A stretch of DNA of 64,000 nucleotides. It comes from Halobacteriota archaeon. Lineage in GTDB: Archaea > Halobacteriota > Halobacteria > Halobacteriales > Halobacteriaceae. Positions 26,067 through 36,212 of this stretch are shown here, piece after piece. Under the pieces are notes generated by a model. That model had not been told where the DNA came from. It made no database searches and saw nothing but the letters and a program-made list of their open reading frames with translations. Within the stretch, counting starts at the first letter, position 1. Each line of letters opens with the position of its first letter. The stretch is taken from assembly GCA_051744605.1 (NCBI GenBank), contig JBNJDE010000001.1, positions 1,580-65,579 of the forward strand, in the 5' to 3' direction. The translations under genes were made by a program, and so were the position numbers.

Positions 26067-28106
26067 ATGAGCAACGATCCCACGACTGATGCTCCCGGTG
26101 GCGAACCCGACGAGGCCGACCAGGTCGAGGAGTCACGAGACCTCAAAGAGGAGGACCTGGGCAGCAGCGTCGACGCGTCGGGAGACGTGGAAATCAACGA
26201 AGAAATCGCCGAAGACGACCTGCTCGGCGGACTCCAGATCGAGAGCACGGCGGACATCACCGTCCCCGAACGCCTCGTCGACCAGGTCATCGGTCAGGAG
26301 GCCGCCCGCGAGATCGTCAAACGGGCCGCCAAGCAACACCGCCACGTGATGATGATCGGCTCCCCGGGAACGGGGAAGTCGATGCTGGCGAAGGCGATGG
26401 CCCGCCTCTTGCCGCCCGAGAGCCTCCAGGACGTCCTGGTCTACCACAACCCCGACGACTCGAACGAACCGAAGATCAGGACCGTCCCCACGGGGAAGGG
26501 CGAGCAGATCGTCGACGCCCACAAGGAGGAGGCCAGAAAGCGCAACCAGATGCGCTCCTTTTTGATGTGGATCATCATCGCCATCATCGTTGGCTACTCG
26601 CTCCTCATCGCCCGGCAGGTGCTGCTCGGCCTGCTGGCAGCGGGGGTCATCTACTTCGCCTTCCGCTACAGCAACCGCGGGAGCGACGCGATGGTGCCCA
26701 AACTCCTCCTCAACAACGCGGACAGCACGACGGCGCCCTTCGAGGACGCGACCGGCGCCCACGCCGGCGCACTGCTGGGCGACGTCCGCCACGACCCCTT
26801 CCAGTCGGGTGGCATGGAGACGCCGAGTCACGACCGCGTCGAGGCCGGCGCCATCCACAAGGCCCACAAAGGGGTCCTGTTCGTCGACGAGATCAACACC
26901 CTGGACATCCGCAGTCAGCAGAAGCTGATGACGGCCATCCAGGAGGGCAAGTTCGCCATCACCGGCCAGTCCGAGCGCTCCTCCGGCGCGATGGTCCAGA
27001 CGGAACCGGTCCCCTGTGACTTCATCATGGTCGCCGCGGGGAACATGGACGCGATGGAGAACATGCACCCGGCGCTGCGCGACCGCGTCAAGGGCTACGG
27101 CTACGAGGTCTACATGGAGGACACCATCGACGACACGCCCGAGATGCGCCGGAAGTACGCCCGCTTCGTCGCCCAGGAGGTCGAGAAGGACGGTCGGCTC
27201 CCGCACTTCGATCCGGACGCCGTCCGAGAGATCATCCTCGAGGCCAAGCGTCGTGCCGGCCGGAAGGGCCACCTGACCCTCAAACTACGGGATCTCGGTG
27301 GGCTGGTCCGCGTCTCCGGCGACATCGCCAAGGCCGAAGACGCCGAGTTCGTGCGGCGTGACCACGTCCTCGAGGCCAAGAAACGCTCGCGGTCCATCGA
27401 GCAGCAGGTCGCCGACAACTACATCGAGCGCCGCAAGGAGTACGAGTTGAAGGTCACCCAGGGCGATGCCGTGGGCCGTGTCAACGGCCTCGCCGTCATG
27501 GGGGGCGACTCGGGTATCGTGATGCCCGTCATGGCCGAGGTCACGCCACGACAGGGCGAGGGCGGCCAGGTGTACGCCACCGGGAAACTCCAGGAGATCG
27601 CCGAGGAGGCGGTCGAGAACGTCTCGGCCATCATCAAGAAGTTCTCCGGGGAGTCCATCCGGGACAAGGACATCCACATTCAGTTCGTCCAGTCCTACGA
27701 GGGCGTCGAGGGCGACTCCGCGTCCATCACGGTCGCGACGGCGGTCATCTCGGCCCTCGAGAACATCCCGATCGCGCAGGACCTCGCCATGACCGGGTCG
27801 CTCTCGGTCAGGGGCGACGTCCTGCCGGTCGGTGGCGTGACCCACAAGATCGAGGCCGCCGCGAAAGCGGGGTACTCCAGGGTCATCATCCCGAAGGCCA
27901 ACGAGCAGGACGTCATGATCGAGGACGAGTACGACGAGATGATCGAGATCATTCCGGTCTCGCACATCTCCGAGGTCCTCGACGTGGCCCTCACCGCCGA
28001 GCCGGAGAAGGACTCGTTGGTCGACCGGCTCAAATCCATCACCGGCAAAGCGCTCGACGCCGCTGACGGTGCAGAGACGCCTGGAAGCAGCCCGAGTCCG
28101 CAGTAA
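26067..28106 (+). CDS. lonB: Archaeal membrane-anchored Lon protease (LonB)
   Basis: Walker A GSPGTGKS, two-TM insert, LFVDEI, catalytic GDSAS and KIEAA (Ser-Lys dyad). ATG at 26067. Confidence 0.95.
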   Translation: MSNDPTTDAPGGEPDEADQVEESRDLKEEDLGSSVDASGDVEINEEIAEDDLLGGLQIESTADITVPERLVDQVIGQEAAREIVKRAAKQHRHVMMIGSPGTGKSMLAKAMARLLPPESLQDVLVYHNPDDSNEPKIRTVPTGKGEQIVDAHKEEARKRNQMRSFLMWIIIAIIVGYSLLIARQVLLGLLAAGVIYFAFRYSNRGSDAMVPKLLLNNADSTTAPFEDATGAHAGALLGDVRHDPFQSGGMETPSHDRVEAGAIHKAHKGVLFVDEINTLDIRSQQKLMTAIQEGKFAITGQSERSSGAMVQTEPVPCDFIMVAAGNMDAMENMHPALRDRVKGYGYEVYMEDTIDDTPEMRRKYARFVAQEVEKDGRLPHFDPDAVREIILEAKRRAGRKGHLTLKLRDLGGLVRVSGDIAKAEDAEFVRRDHVLEAKKRSRSIEQQVADNYIERRKEYELKVTQGDAVGRVNGLAVMGGDSGIVMPVMAEVTPRQGEGGQVYATGKLQEIAEEAVENVSAIIKKFSGESIRDKDIHIQFVQSYEGVEGDSASITVATAVISALENIPIAQDLAMTGSLSVRGDVLPVGGVTHKIEAAAKAGYSRVIIPKANEQDVMIEDEYDEMIEIIPVSHISEVLDVALTAEPEKDSLVDRLKSITGKALDAADGAETPGSSPSPQ

Positions 28107-28172
28107 CCCCACTCGCCGTTTCCTCGCTCTTCTCGCCAAGCGTTTTGGTGTCCCCAGTCGAACCCACGACCG

Positions 28173-28880
28173 ATGACACGCTGGCTCCCCTTTCTCGCGC
28201 TCCTCCTCACCCTCACCGTCGGTGTCGTTGCCCTCGCTCGCTCCTCCGCGGCGGTGATCGGCTCAGAGGACGTTCCGCACCTGAGCGGACGGGCGCTCCG
28301 GTGGAACGTCGTTGTCTCCCAGGGGCTCGTCGCCGTGGTCGTCATCGCGGGCGCCTATCTCGCCGACGTCCCCTGGGAGGCGTTCGGCTGGCGGGGCTTC
28401 GCTGGCGTTCCGGCGACGGAACTCGCGAGCAGTCTCCTCGTGGGGGTCGCCCTCGGTGCGGCGATAGCGATCGGAAACGTCCTCCTCGAACGCGTCGTCG
28501 ACGCCCCGGCACTCCGCGAGGCCGAAGCGGTCAGGCACCTCCTGGCTCCATCCTCGCCGAGCGGGTGGGTGACCCTCCTGCTGGTCGTGGTCCCCACCAT
28601 CGCCATCGCCGAGGAACTCCTGTTCCGGGGCGCCCTGGTCGGTGCACTCGCCGTCGGTTTCGAGGTCTCGCCCTGGGCGCTGGCGGTGCTCTCCAGTCTG
28701 GCGTTCGGCGCCGCTCACAGTGCGCAGGGTACCGTCGGGGTGGTGGTCACGGCCGTCTTCGGGTTGGTCCTGGCGGTCGCGTTCGTCCTGACCGGCGACC
28801 TGCTGGTCGTCATCGTCGCGCACGGCGTCGTGGACGCCGTCGAGTTCGTCTACTACGAGGGGCCCCTTTCGACCCTCTAG
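28173..28880 (+). CDS. CPBP/Abi (CAAX protease II) family intramembrane metalloprotease
   Basis: EELLFRG, FGAAH and HGVVD motifs with multiple TM helices; directly downstream of lonB. Confidence 0.88.
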   Translation: MTRWLPFLALLLTLTVGVVALARSSAAVIGSEDVPHLSGRALRWNVVVSQGLVAVVVIAGAYLADVPWEAFGWRGFAGVPATELASSLLVGVALGAAIAIGNVLLERVVDAPALREAEAVRHLLAPSSPSGWVTLLLVVVPTIAIAEELLFRGALVGALAVGFEVSPWALAVLSSLAFGAAHSAQGTVGVVVTAVFGLVLAVAFVLTGDLLVVIVAHGVVDAVEFVYYEGPLSTL

Positions 28881-29332
28881 AGGCCTTCGAGTTCGCGGAG
28901 ACGTCTGGTGACGCCCGGTGGTGCACTGTCGGGCCCGTCGCTGATCCGATGGGCCGGCACCACGAGCGGGGCCGGGTTGGCCCGGAGCGCGTCTCGCACC
29001 ACCGTCGTTCCGTCTTCGACGTCGGCGAGCACGGCGGTCGTTCGGGCGACGGCCTCGACGGTGGCCGATTCCCCGTACGGTATCGACCGAACCTCCTCGA
29101 GGGCCGCGCGCTGGTCCGTCGGGATGGTAACGGCGACGTCGACGTCCGCGAACTCGTCGGGTCCTCCGTCCAGGTAGTCGAATATTCGGTCCAGAAGCGG
29201 GTGCTCGGCCCTCGCGTCCTGGTCGGGCGTCTCGGGGAAGGAGACGCTGATGACCTTCGAACCGACGACGCCGACCTGGACGTATCGGTCGAGCAGCGTC
29301 GACTCCCGCGCGTAGATACCGGCTGCCTCCAT
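28877..29332 (-). CDS. MGMT-family protein lacking the catalytic Cys (alkyltransferase-like)
   Basis: VRSIPYGESATVEAVA … ANPAPLVVPAHRI; the canonical motif is PCHR. Confidence 0.8.
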   Translation of the reverse strand: MEAAGIYARESTLLDRYVQVGVVGSKVISVSFPETPDQDARAEHPLLDRIFDYLDGGPDEFADVDVAVTIPTDQRAALEEVRSIPYGESATVEAVARTTAVLADVEDGTTVVRDALRANPAPLVVPAHRISDGPDSAPPGVTRRLRELEGL

Positions 29333-29416
29333 GGCGTGTCGGTCGCCCGGACCGGCCATGAACGTTTGGCCCGAGCCGCAATGCTTATGCACAGACTAGT
29401 GCATTGATGTACAACA

Positions 29417-30169
29417 ATGGACGAAACGAACTCGATGGCGCCCGCGGTGCGCTCGATCCTGCGGGCGGCCGACGAACGTCCCGATCCCGACGGTCGCGTC
29501 GCGGTCGATGGTCAGTCACTGGTGACGGCCATCGAGACGACGACCGACGCCGGGCGGGTCCCGATCATCGCCGAGGTGAAACCGACGAGTCCGACGACCG
29601 ATGGAACCAGGACCGACGACCCCGTGGGGCTCGCCCGCGAGATGGTGGCCGGCGGGGCCACGGCGCTCTCGGTGCTCACCGAACCCGAACACTTCGGCGG
29701 GTCGACCGAATCGCTCGAACGCATCCGCGAGACGGTCGACGTCCCGGTGGTGCGCAAGGATTTCGTCCGCAGCGAGGCCCAGCTTGACGCCGTCGCCGCG
29801 GACGCGGTACTGCTGATCGTCCGGTTCGTCGACGACCTCCCCCACCTCGTCGAGGCGGCTCGCGACCGCGGGATGGAACCGCTGGTCGAGGTTCACTCCA
29901 GCGACGAACTGGTCGCCGCACTCGACGCCGGTGCCGACCTCGTGGGCATCAACAACCGCGACCTCTCTCGACTCGAGGTCGACCTGGCTACCTTCGAAGC
30001 GGTCGCGCCGAGCGCGCCCGAGGACGTCACGCTCGTCGCCGAGAGTGGTATCGCCACTCCCGACGACGTCCGCCGGATGCGCGAGGCCGGCGCCGACGCG
30101 TTGCTCGTCGGCTCCGCCATCATGGCCGGCGACGTCCGCGAACGGACACGGGAGCTGGTCGCGGCATGA
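29417..30169 (+). CDS. trpC: Indole-3-glycerol phosphate synthase
   Basis: [38 protein letters not shown]. Confidence 0.95.
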   Translation: MDETNSMAPAVRSILRAADERPDPDGRVAVDGQSLVTAIETTTDAGRVPIIAEVKPTSPTTDGTRTDDPVGLAREMVAGGATALSVLTEPEHFGGSTESLERIRETVDVPVVRKDFVRSEAQLDAVAADAVLLIVRFVDDLPHLVEAARDRGMEPLVEVHSSDELVAALDAGADLVGINNRDLSRLEVDLATFEAVAPSAPEDVTLVAESGIATPDDVRRMREAGADALLVGSAIMAGDVRERTRELVAA

Positions 30170-31389
30170 GCGTGGGAAGCTTCGGCGAGTACGGCGGACA
30201 GTACGTGCCAGAAGCGCTGATGCCGGCGGTCGAGGAACTCGCCGACGCGTACGAACGGTACGTCCTCGAGAACGAGGACGGATTCATGGACGAACTGCGA
30301 CGCCATCTCCGGGAGTTCGGCGGTCGGCCGACGCCGTTGCAACACGCGGCGGCCCTGAGCGAGCGCTACGGGTACGACGTCTACCTCAAACGGGAGGACC
30401 TCCTCCACGGGGGTGCGCACAAACTGAACAACGCCCTCGGGCAGGTCCTGCTGGCGACGTACATGGGCAAAGAGCGCATCGTCGCGGAGACGGGCGCGGG
30501 ACAGCACGGCACGGCCACGGCGATGGCCTGCGCGTACCTCGACGTCGACTGCGAGATTTACATGGGCCGGACGGACATCAACCGCCAGCGCCCCAACGTC
30601 TTCCGGATGCGAATCCACGACGCGGCCGTCAACCCGGTCGACGCCGGGTCCGGGACGCTCAAGGAGGCCATCAACGCGACGCTGCGCGACTGGGCGACGA
30701 ACGTCGAGGACACGCACTACGTCATCGGGTCGGTCGTCGGTCCCCACCCGTTCCCGAGCATGGTTCGGGACTTCCAGGCCGTCATCTCTGAGGAGGCACG
30801 CGAACAGGCACTGGCGCAGATCGGGTCGCTCCCGGACGCCGTGGTGGCCTGTGCGGGCGGCGGGTCGAACACCATGGGTTCGTTCGCGAACTTCCTCGAC
30901 GACGAGTCCGTGGACCTCTACGCCGTCGAGGCCGGTGGCGACGGGATCACGGTCGAGGATTCGACGGGGTTCGCGCCGCATTCCGCCACGCTCTCGGCCG
31001 GCGAGGACGGCGTGCTCCACGGTGCCCGCACGAAGCTCCTGCAGACTACCGACGGACAGGTCGTCGAGTCCCACAGCGTGAGCGCGGGACTCGACTACGC
31101 CGGCGTCGGCCCGGAACTCTCTCACCTCGTCGATACGGGGCGGGTCACGCCGGTCAACGTGGACGACGACGCGGCCCTGAATGCCTTCCACCGTCTCTCG
31201 CAGGCCGAGGGGATCATCCCCGCGCTCGAGAGTAGCCACGCCATCGCCTTCCTGGAGGAGGCGAACTTCGACGGGCCGGTCGTCGTCACGCTCTCCGGTC
31301 GCGGGGACAAGGATCTCGATACGGTTATCGAGGAGAGCGACCGGCGGGAGATTCCCGCTGCACCGTCGATGGAGGTATTCGATGGGTGA
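30166..31389 (+). CDS. trpB: Tryptophan synthase beta chain
   Basis: GGAHKLNN (PLP Lys), [31 protein letters not shown]. Confidence 0.97.
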   Translation: MSVGSFGEYGGQYVPEALMPAVEELADAYERYVLENEDGFMDELRRHLREFGGRPTPLQHAAALSERYGYDVYLKREDLLHGGAHKLNNALGQVLLATYMGKERIVAETGAGQHGTATAMACAYLDVDCEIYMGRTDINRQRPNVFRMRIHDAAVNPVDAGSGTLKEAINATLRDWATNVEDTHYVIGSVVGPHPFPSMVRDFQAVISEEAREQALAQIGSLPDAVVACAGGGSNTMGSFANFLDDESVDLYAVEAGGDGITVEDSTGFAPHSATLSAGEDGVLHGARTKLLQTTDGQVVESHSVSAGLDYAGVGPELSHLVDTGRVTPVNVDDDAALNAFHRLSQAEGIIPALESSHAIAFLEEANFDGPVVVTLSGRGDKDLDTVIEESDRREIPAAPSMEVFDG

Positions 31390-32212
31390 ACGAGCCATCG
31401 CGCGGGCCTTCGAGGACGGGCCCGCACTGGTTCCGTACGTCGTCGCCGGGGACCCCGACGCCGAATCGACCGCGGCGTACGTCGAGGCGCTCGTCAGGGG
31501 CGGGGCCGACGTCCTGGAGCTGGGACTGCCGTTCTCCGAGCCCATCGCCGACGGTCCGACCATCGAGGGCGGCATCCGCCGGGCCCTGGACGCCGGGATG
31601 ACGCCATCGCGGTATCTCGACCTCGTCGCCGACCTGGACGTGACGGTCCCCATCGTCACGATGACGTATTACAATCTCATCTTCCACTACGGCGACGGCG
31701 ACGTGGAACCGTTCGTGGCCGATGCCGCTGCCGCCGGCGTCGACGGCCTGATCGTGCCCGACCTCCCCGTGGAGGAGAGTGACCCGTTGCGAGCGGCGTG
31801 CGAGGAACACGACCTCGCACTCGTGTTCATCGTCGCACCGACGACGACAGCGGCGCGGATCGAACGGATCGTCTCGCAGGCCTCAGGGTTCGTCTACGTG
31901 CAGGCTCGTCTGGGAACGACCGGGGCCCGGGAGAGCGTGAGCGAACAGACCTACGAGAGCCTGGAACGCCTCCCCGACGTCGACATCCCGACGGCGGTCG
32001 GATTCGGCGTCAGCAGCGGCGAACAGGCCCGTTCCATCGTCGAGGGCGGTGCCGACGGCGTCGTCGCCGGGAGCGTCTTCGTCGACATCGTCGCATCGGG
32101 CGAGAACGTGTCAGCGCGTCTCGAAGAAACCGCCGCCGCCATCAAGGTGGGGGCGACCGACGCGGCTGCCGAGTCCGGCCAGTCCGCAGTGTCGGAACCG
32201 GAACGAACATAG
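31382..32212 (+). CDS. trpA: Tryptophan synthase alpha chain
   Basis: [38 protein letters not shown] at 31382. Confidence 0.95.
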   Translation: MGERAIARAFEDGPALVPYVVAGDPDAESTAAYVEALVRGGADVLELGLPFSEPIADGPTIEGGIRRALDAGMTPSRYLDLVADLDVTVPIVTMTYYNLIFHYGDGDVEPFVADAAAAGVDGLIVPDLPVEESDPLRAACEEHDLALVFIVAPTTTAARIERIVSQASGFVYVQARLGTTGARESVSEQTYESLERLPDVDIPTAVGFGVSSGEQARSIVEGGADGVVAGSVFVDIVASGENVSARLEETAAAIKVGATDAAAESGQSAVSEPERT

Positions 32213-32230
32213 CGACGGGCTTGCTACACC

Positions 32231-33031
32231 ATGGCAATGACAGCTGGGAAAACCGCACGACTCGACCGTATCGGACGTGACGGACGGTTCGTCACGATTC
32301 CGATGGACCACGGCATAACAATGGGACCGGTACGCGGCCTCGTCGACATCGAGGCGACCATCGACGCGGTGACCCGCGGCGGTGCGGACGCCGTCCTCAC
32401 CCAGAAGGGCATCGCGTCTCGGGTCCATCCGAACAAGAACGGCAAGGGCTACATCGTTCACCTCAACGGCTCGACCACCATCGGGCCGGACGAGAACGAC
32501 AAGCGGGTCACCGGGACCGTCGAGGACGCGGTGCGGGCCGGTGCCGACGCCGTCTCCTTTCACATCAACGTCGGCAGCGTCCACGAACCCGATCAGATCG
32601 AAGACCTGGCCGAACTGACCACCGAGGCCGACCGCCTCGGGATGCCGGTCCTCGCGATGGCGTACGCAAGGGGGCCGGGGGTCGACGAACACGACGCCGA
32701 GAGCCTGGGTCACGCGGTCCGACTGGCCGAGGAACTCGGCGCGGACGTCGTGAAGACGGCCTACAGCGGCGACGCAGAGAGCTTCGAACACGTCGCGAAC
32801 GCTGCACGACTCCCGGTCATCATCGCCGGCGGAAGTCCACAGGGCGACCTCGCGACGCTCGAGAACGTCCAGGGCGTCATCGAGGCCGGCGGTGCGGGCG
32901 TCTCGATGGGACGGACCATCTTCCAGCACGACGATCCCTACGCGATGACGGCTGCGGTCTCGGCGGTCGTCCACGACGAGGTCGACCCCGAGACGGCGAT
33001 GCGCGAGGCGGGCCTGGCCCTCGAGGCCTGA
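32231..33031 (+). CDS. aroA': 2-amino-3,7-dideoxy-D-threo-hept-6-ulosonate synthase (class I aldolase DhnA family)
   Basis: PMDHG, GADAV, MAYARG, ELGADVVKT, GVSMGR; lies near DHQ synthase II. Confidence 0.85.
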   Translation: MAMTAGKTARLDRIGRDGRFVTIPMDHGITMGPVRGLVDIEATIDAVTRGGADAVLTQKGIASRVHPNKNGKGYIVHLNGSTTIGPDENDKRVTGTVEDAVRAGADAVSFHINVGSVHEPDQIEDLAELTTEADRLGMPVLAMAYARGPGVDEHDAESLGHAVRLAEELGADVVKTAYSGDAESFEHVANAARLPVIIAGGSPQGDLATLENVQGVIEAGGAGVSMGRTIFQHDDPYAMTAAVSAVVHDEVDPETAMREAGLALEA

Positions 33032-33700
33032 TCAGAAGACGGTGGGCAGTTGTTGTAGCGACTTCAGGGTGTGGACCGGTTCGGCCGTCGCCCGCTCTTC
33101 TCTGTCGACTGCCGTGGGAACCCAGACGGACCTGACGCCGACCCGGTTCGCGCCGGCGATGTCGTCGGACAGCGAGTTGCCGACGTGGATGGTCGCATCC
33201 GGTTCGACGCCGAGTTCCCCGAGGGCGATCTCGAACGGCTCCGGCGAGGGTTTCGAAGGAGTGGTCTCGCCACCGTAGACGATGGTGTCGAAGGTATCGG
33301 TGAGGCCGAGCGTCTCCAGTTTCTGCCACTGATGGGCCCGTTCCCCGTTGGTGACGAGGCCGACCGGGCGGTCGCCGACGCTCGCGAGGGCCTGGCGGGC
33401 CCCTTCGCGGAAGCTAACCGCTGTGTGGTCGAACCGGCCGATGTACGTCTCGGCGATAGTGTCGGCGGGAACCGGTTCGACACCGGCACGCTGGGCGGCG
33501 ATGTCGAACGCGTTGGTCATGAACGAGACGGTGTCGTCCGCGTCGGGGGCCTCGTTGATGGCCTCCCGAAGCCGCTGTTGGTCGGTGAAGGGTTCGACGT
33601 CGAGCGTCTCGAACGTCTCCTGGAGGAGGGCCTCGCCGTCCTGCTCGTGGACGCAGAGCGTCCCGTCGAGGTCGAAGAGGACGGCGTCGGTTCGTGGCAT
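33032..33700 (-). CDS. HAD-superfamily hydrolase
   Basis: FDLDGTL, LVTNG, KPSPEPF, HVGNSLSDDIAGA. ATG at 33700. Confidence 0.9.
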   Translation of the reverse strand: MPRTDAVLFDLDGTLCVHEQDGEALLQETFETLDVEPFTDQQRLREAINEAPDADDTVSFMTNAFDIAAQRAGVEPVPADTIAETYIGRFDHTAVSFREGARQALASVGDRPVGLVTNGERAHQWQKLETLGLTDTFDTIVYGGETTPSKPSPEPFEIALGELGVEPDATIHVGNSLSDDIAGANRVGVRSVWVPTAVDREERATAEPVHTLKSLQQLPTVF

Positions 33701-33803
33701 ATCCGTCCCTGCGTCCCGCGGTCTGATAACGGTTCGGACGTCGGGGTGGTCAGTAATCCGCGGTTTCGGCACGTTGAAGGAACGCCACCGCCACAGTGCG
33801 GGT

Positions 33804-34967
33804 ATGACACCCTCGGTCTGGCTGAAAGCCGACGACGCGGTCGGCGACTGGGAGACGCGCAAACGACGGATCACGACCGGCCTGGAGGCCGGCGTCGACT
33901 GGATTCTCGTCGACGAGTGGGACGTCACGAAGGTCCGGGAACTCGGCGAGGTGAACGTCGCCGCCTTCGTCACCGACGACGTCGACGTCATCGGCGAACA
34001 GGCGGAGGATCTCGGCGATGCCGACGCCTACATCGTCGGCAAGGACGGCGAAGGCGACGGGACCATCGACCTCCCCAGCGACTTCGCGGGGTCGGCCGAC
34101 CTCTCGACCGTCCGCCGGGACGGCGCGGACGGGGCGTTCGTCCGCATCTTCGACGCCGACTACGAGGCCTTCGCCGAGGCCGCGGCCGCCGACGCCGATC
34201 ACACCCTCGTCGTCGGGGAGGACTGGAAGATCATCCCGCTCGAGAATCTCATCGCCCGCATCGGCGACGAGACGGACCTCGTCGCGGGCGTACAGAGCGC
34301 CGCCGAGGCCGAGACCGCCTTCGACACGCTCGATATCGGCGCCGACGGCGTCCTCCTCGACACGGACGATCCGGACGAGATCCGCGAGACGGTCCGCGTC
34401 CGCGATTCGACCACCCGGGAATCGGTCGACCTGGAGTACGCCGAGGTCATCGAGGTCGAACCGGCGGGGAGCGCCGACCGCGTCTGCGTCGACACCGCAT
34501 CGATTATGGACGACGACGAGGGGATGCTCGTCGGGAGCATGAGCCGCGGGCTCTTTTTCGTCTACGCCGAGACCGCAGAATCACCGTACGTCGCGTCGCG
34601 GCCGTTCCGCGTCAACGCCGGTGCCGTCCACGCCTACGCGCGGACGCCGGCGGGCGACACGAAGTACCTCGCGGAACTGAAAAGTGGCGACGAGGTCCAG
34701 ATCGTGGACACCGCCGGCAACACCCGCGAGGCCGTGGTCGGGCGCGCGAAGATCGAACGCCGCCCGATGTTCCGGGTCCGCGCTCGAGCGGCGGACGGCG
34801 ACGAGTTCGAGACGCTGTTGCAGAACGCCGAGACGATCAAGGTCGAGACCCGGGACGGACGGCGGGCCATCACCGACCTCGAGGTCGGCGACGAGGTTGC
34901 CGTCTTCCGGCAATCCGGCGGTCGTCACTTCGGCGAGGCTGTGGACGAACGCATCATCGAGAAGTAG
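33804..34967 (+). CDS. aroB': 3-dehydroquinate synthase II
   Basis: WKIIPLENLIA, DRVCVDT, RPFRVNAGAVHAY, LQNAETI. ATG at 33804. Confidence 0.93.
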   Translation: MTPSVWLKADDAVGDWETRKRRITTGLEAGVDWILVDEWDVTKVRELGEVNVAAFVTDDVDVIGEQAEDLGDADAYIVGKDGEGDGTIDLPSDFAGSADLSTVRRDGADGAFVRIFDADYEAFAEAAAADADHTLVVGEDWKIIPLENLIARIGDETDLVAGVQSAAEAETAFDTLDIGADGVLLDTDDPDEIRETVRVRDSTTRESVDLEYAEVIEVEPAGSADRVCVDTASIMDDDEGMLVGSMSRGLFFVYAETAESPYVASRPFRVNAGAVHAYARTPAGDTKYLAELKSGDEVQIVDTAGNTREAVVGRAKIERRPMFRVRARAADGDEFETLLQNAETIKVETRDGRRAITDLEVGDEVAVFRQSGGRHFGEAVDERIIEK

Positions 34968-34988
34968 GTCCGGTCGTTCGGATTCGAC

Positions 34989-35468
34989 TCACCGAAACGG
35001 CAGTCCCTCGGGCCCCTCGTCCTCTTCGGGGCTGACCTCCGTCTCTAACTCCGAGAGTTCGGTCGTACACCACGGACAGAAGTCGAGCTCGGCGTCGAGT
35101 TCGCCGCCGCAGTTCGGACACGTCGGCGTCTCGCTACTGGCCTGGCGTTCGGTCGCCCGTTCCTGTCGGAGTCCGGTCAGATAGGCGTCGACGACGTTGA
35201 GCACCCTGACGACGAGGAGACTGCCCGTCACTTCGAGCGAGAAATCCTGACTCGCCGAGATGAGTCCGTCGATGCCGGTCTGCTGGAACGCGGTGACGGC
35301 GGATTCCGGGACGACCATCGCCGCGGTGACCAGCGCGAGCGCGAACCACGCGATCGCTCTGAGCCAGGCCCGGAGGTAGACGTGTCCGAGCCCCGGGTAC
35401 AGGAACCCGAGCAGGCCGGCGATGATCGGGCGACGGCGGATCAGCGACGATTGCACACCTGCACTCAT
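34989..35468 (-). CDS. Membrane protein with C-terminal zinc ribbon
   Basis: TM2-like PGLGHVY motif, TM helices, CPNCG … CPWC. Confidence 0.8.
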   Translation of the reverse strand: MSAGVQSSLIRRRPIIAGLLGFLYPGLGHVYLRAWLRAIAWFALALVTAAMVVPESAVTAFQQTGIDGLISASQDFSLEVTGSLLVVRVLNVVDAYLTGLRQERATERQASSETPTCPNCGGELDAELDFCPWCTTELSELETEVSPEEDEGPEGLPFR

Positions 35469-35528
35469 CGCCGTGGACAGGTTAAGGTGTTGCTTTCCAC
35501 GATGTCGCCCGAGATTCCAGTGGATCTC

Positions 35529-36212
35529 TCAGAGCAAGGCGTCGACGAGGGTCCGTAACTGTGCGAGGTCGTACTGGCCGGGTGCGGTCGCGTTCGCAGG
35601 GTCGACCGGTGCGTAGCCGATCGATGACCCGTACAGGGGGGCGACGACTCGCGAGTGACGGCCTGGCTGGCCCATGGCCATCGTCGCGACCCGTTCGCCC
35701 GCACGCGAGAACTCGTACGTGACTCGCAGGAGATCGAGGACCTGACCGCTGTGTTCGGCGGTGACGGCCAGTTTGCCGACGTCGCCGAGGGCACAGAGCT
35801 GGGCCAGCCGGTCGGCGAGGTCGCCCAGATCGGGTGTGCGCTCGAAGTCGTGGCTCGAGACGACGGTCTGGACGCCCGCCGACGTCGCTGCCGCCAGTAC
35901 CTCTGAGGCGTCCTCGTGGACGTCGGTGTCGATGAGTGCGTCGAGTTCGACGTCGACGGCCGCGACGGCGTCGACCGAGACTGCCGCCACCAGTTCGTCG
36001 ATCCGTTCGGGTTCGTCCGCCCGTTCTCCGCCCTCCCATTCGGGTCGGTTCGTCACGAGGAGCGGCAGGGCCCCGTCGTACCCCTCGAGGTCGGCGAGCG
36101 GGTCGTCGGCGAGGTCCATGCGGAACTCGACGGCGTCGGCGTGCTCGCGTGCCGCTGGCTCCTCGTCCAGGTCGCCCGTACTCGCCGCGAGGACGAACCC
36201 GTCGAAATCCAT
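35529..36212 (-). CDS. aroD: Type I 3-dehydroquinate dehydratase
   Basis: DAVEFRMD, SSHDFERTP, GKLAV, MAMG..GRHSR..APLYGS, TAPGQ. ATG overlaps the tfb stop (TGATG). Confidence 0.92.
   Translation of the reverse strand: MDFDGFVLAASTGDLDEEPAAREHADAVEFRMDLADDPLADLEGYDGALPLLVTNRPEWEGGERADEPERIDELVAAVSVDAVAAVDVELDALIDTDVHEDASEVLAAATSAGVQTVVSSHDFERTPDLGDLADRLAQLCALGDVGKLAVTAEHSGQVLDLLRVTYEFSRAGERVATMAMGQPGRHSRVVAPLYGSSIGYAPVDPANATAPGQYDLAQLRTLVDALL

Noticed and set aside
26067-28106. Possible intein in LonB (also considered for TFB and SMC)
   Set aside because: Lengths and motif spacing are normal, with no Cys/Ser…His-Asn splice motifs or LAGLIDADG blocks.
28173-28880. Abi-family protein as an anti-phage abortive-infection system
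   Set aside because: The motifs are those of the CPBP intramembrane protease. The lonB-abi pairing is a known housekeeping arrangement in haloarchaea, and no defence genes are nearby.
34968-36211. A CTAG DNA methyltransferase near aroB'/tfb, expected from my recollection of H. volcanii synteny
   Set aside because: No ORF with MTase motifs is present here; the space is filled by the zinc-ribbon gene and aroD.
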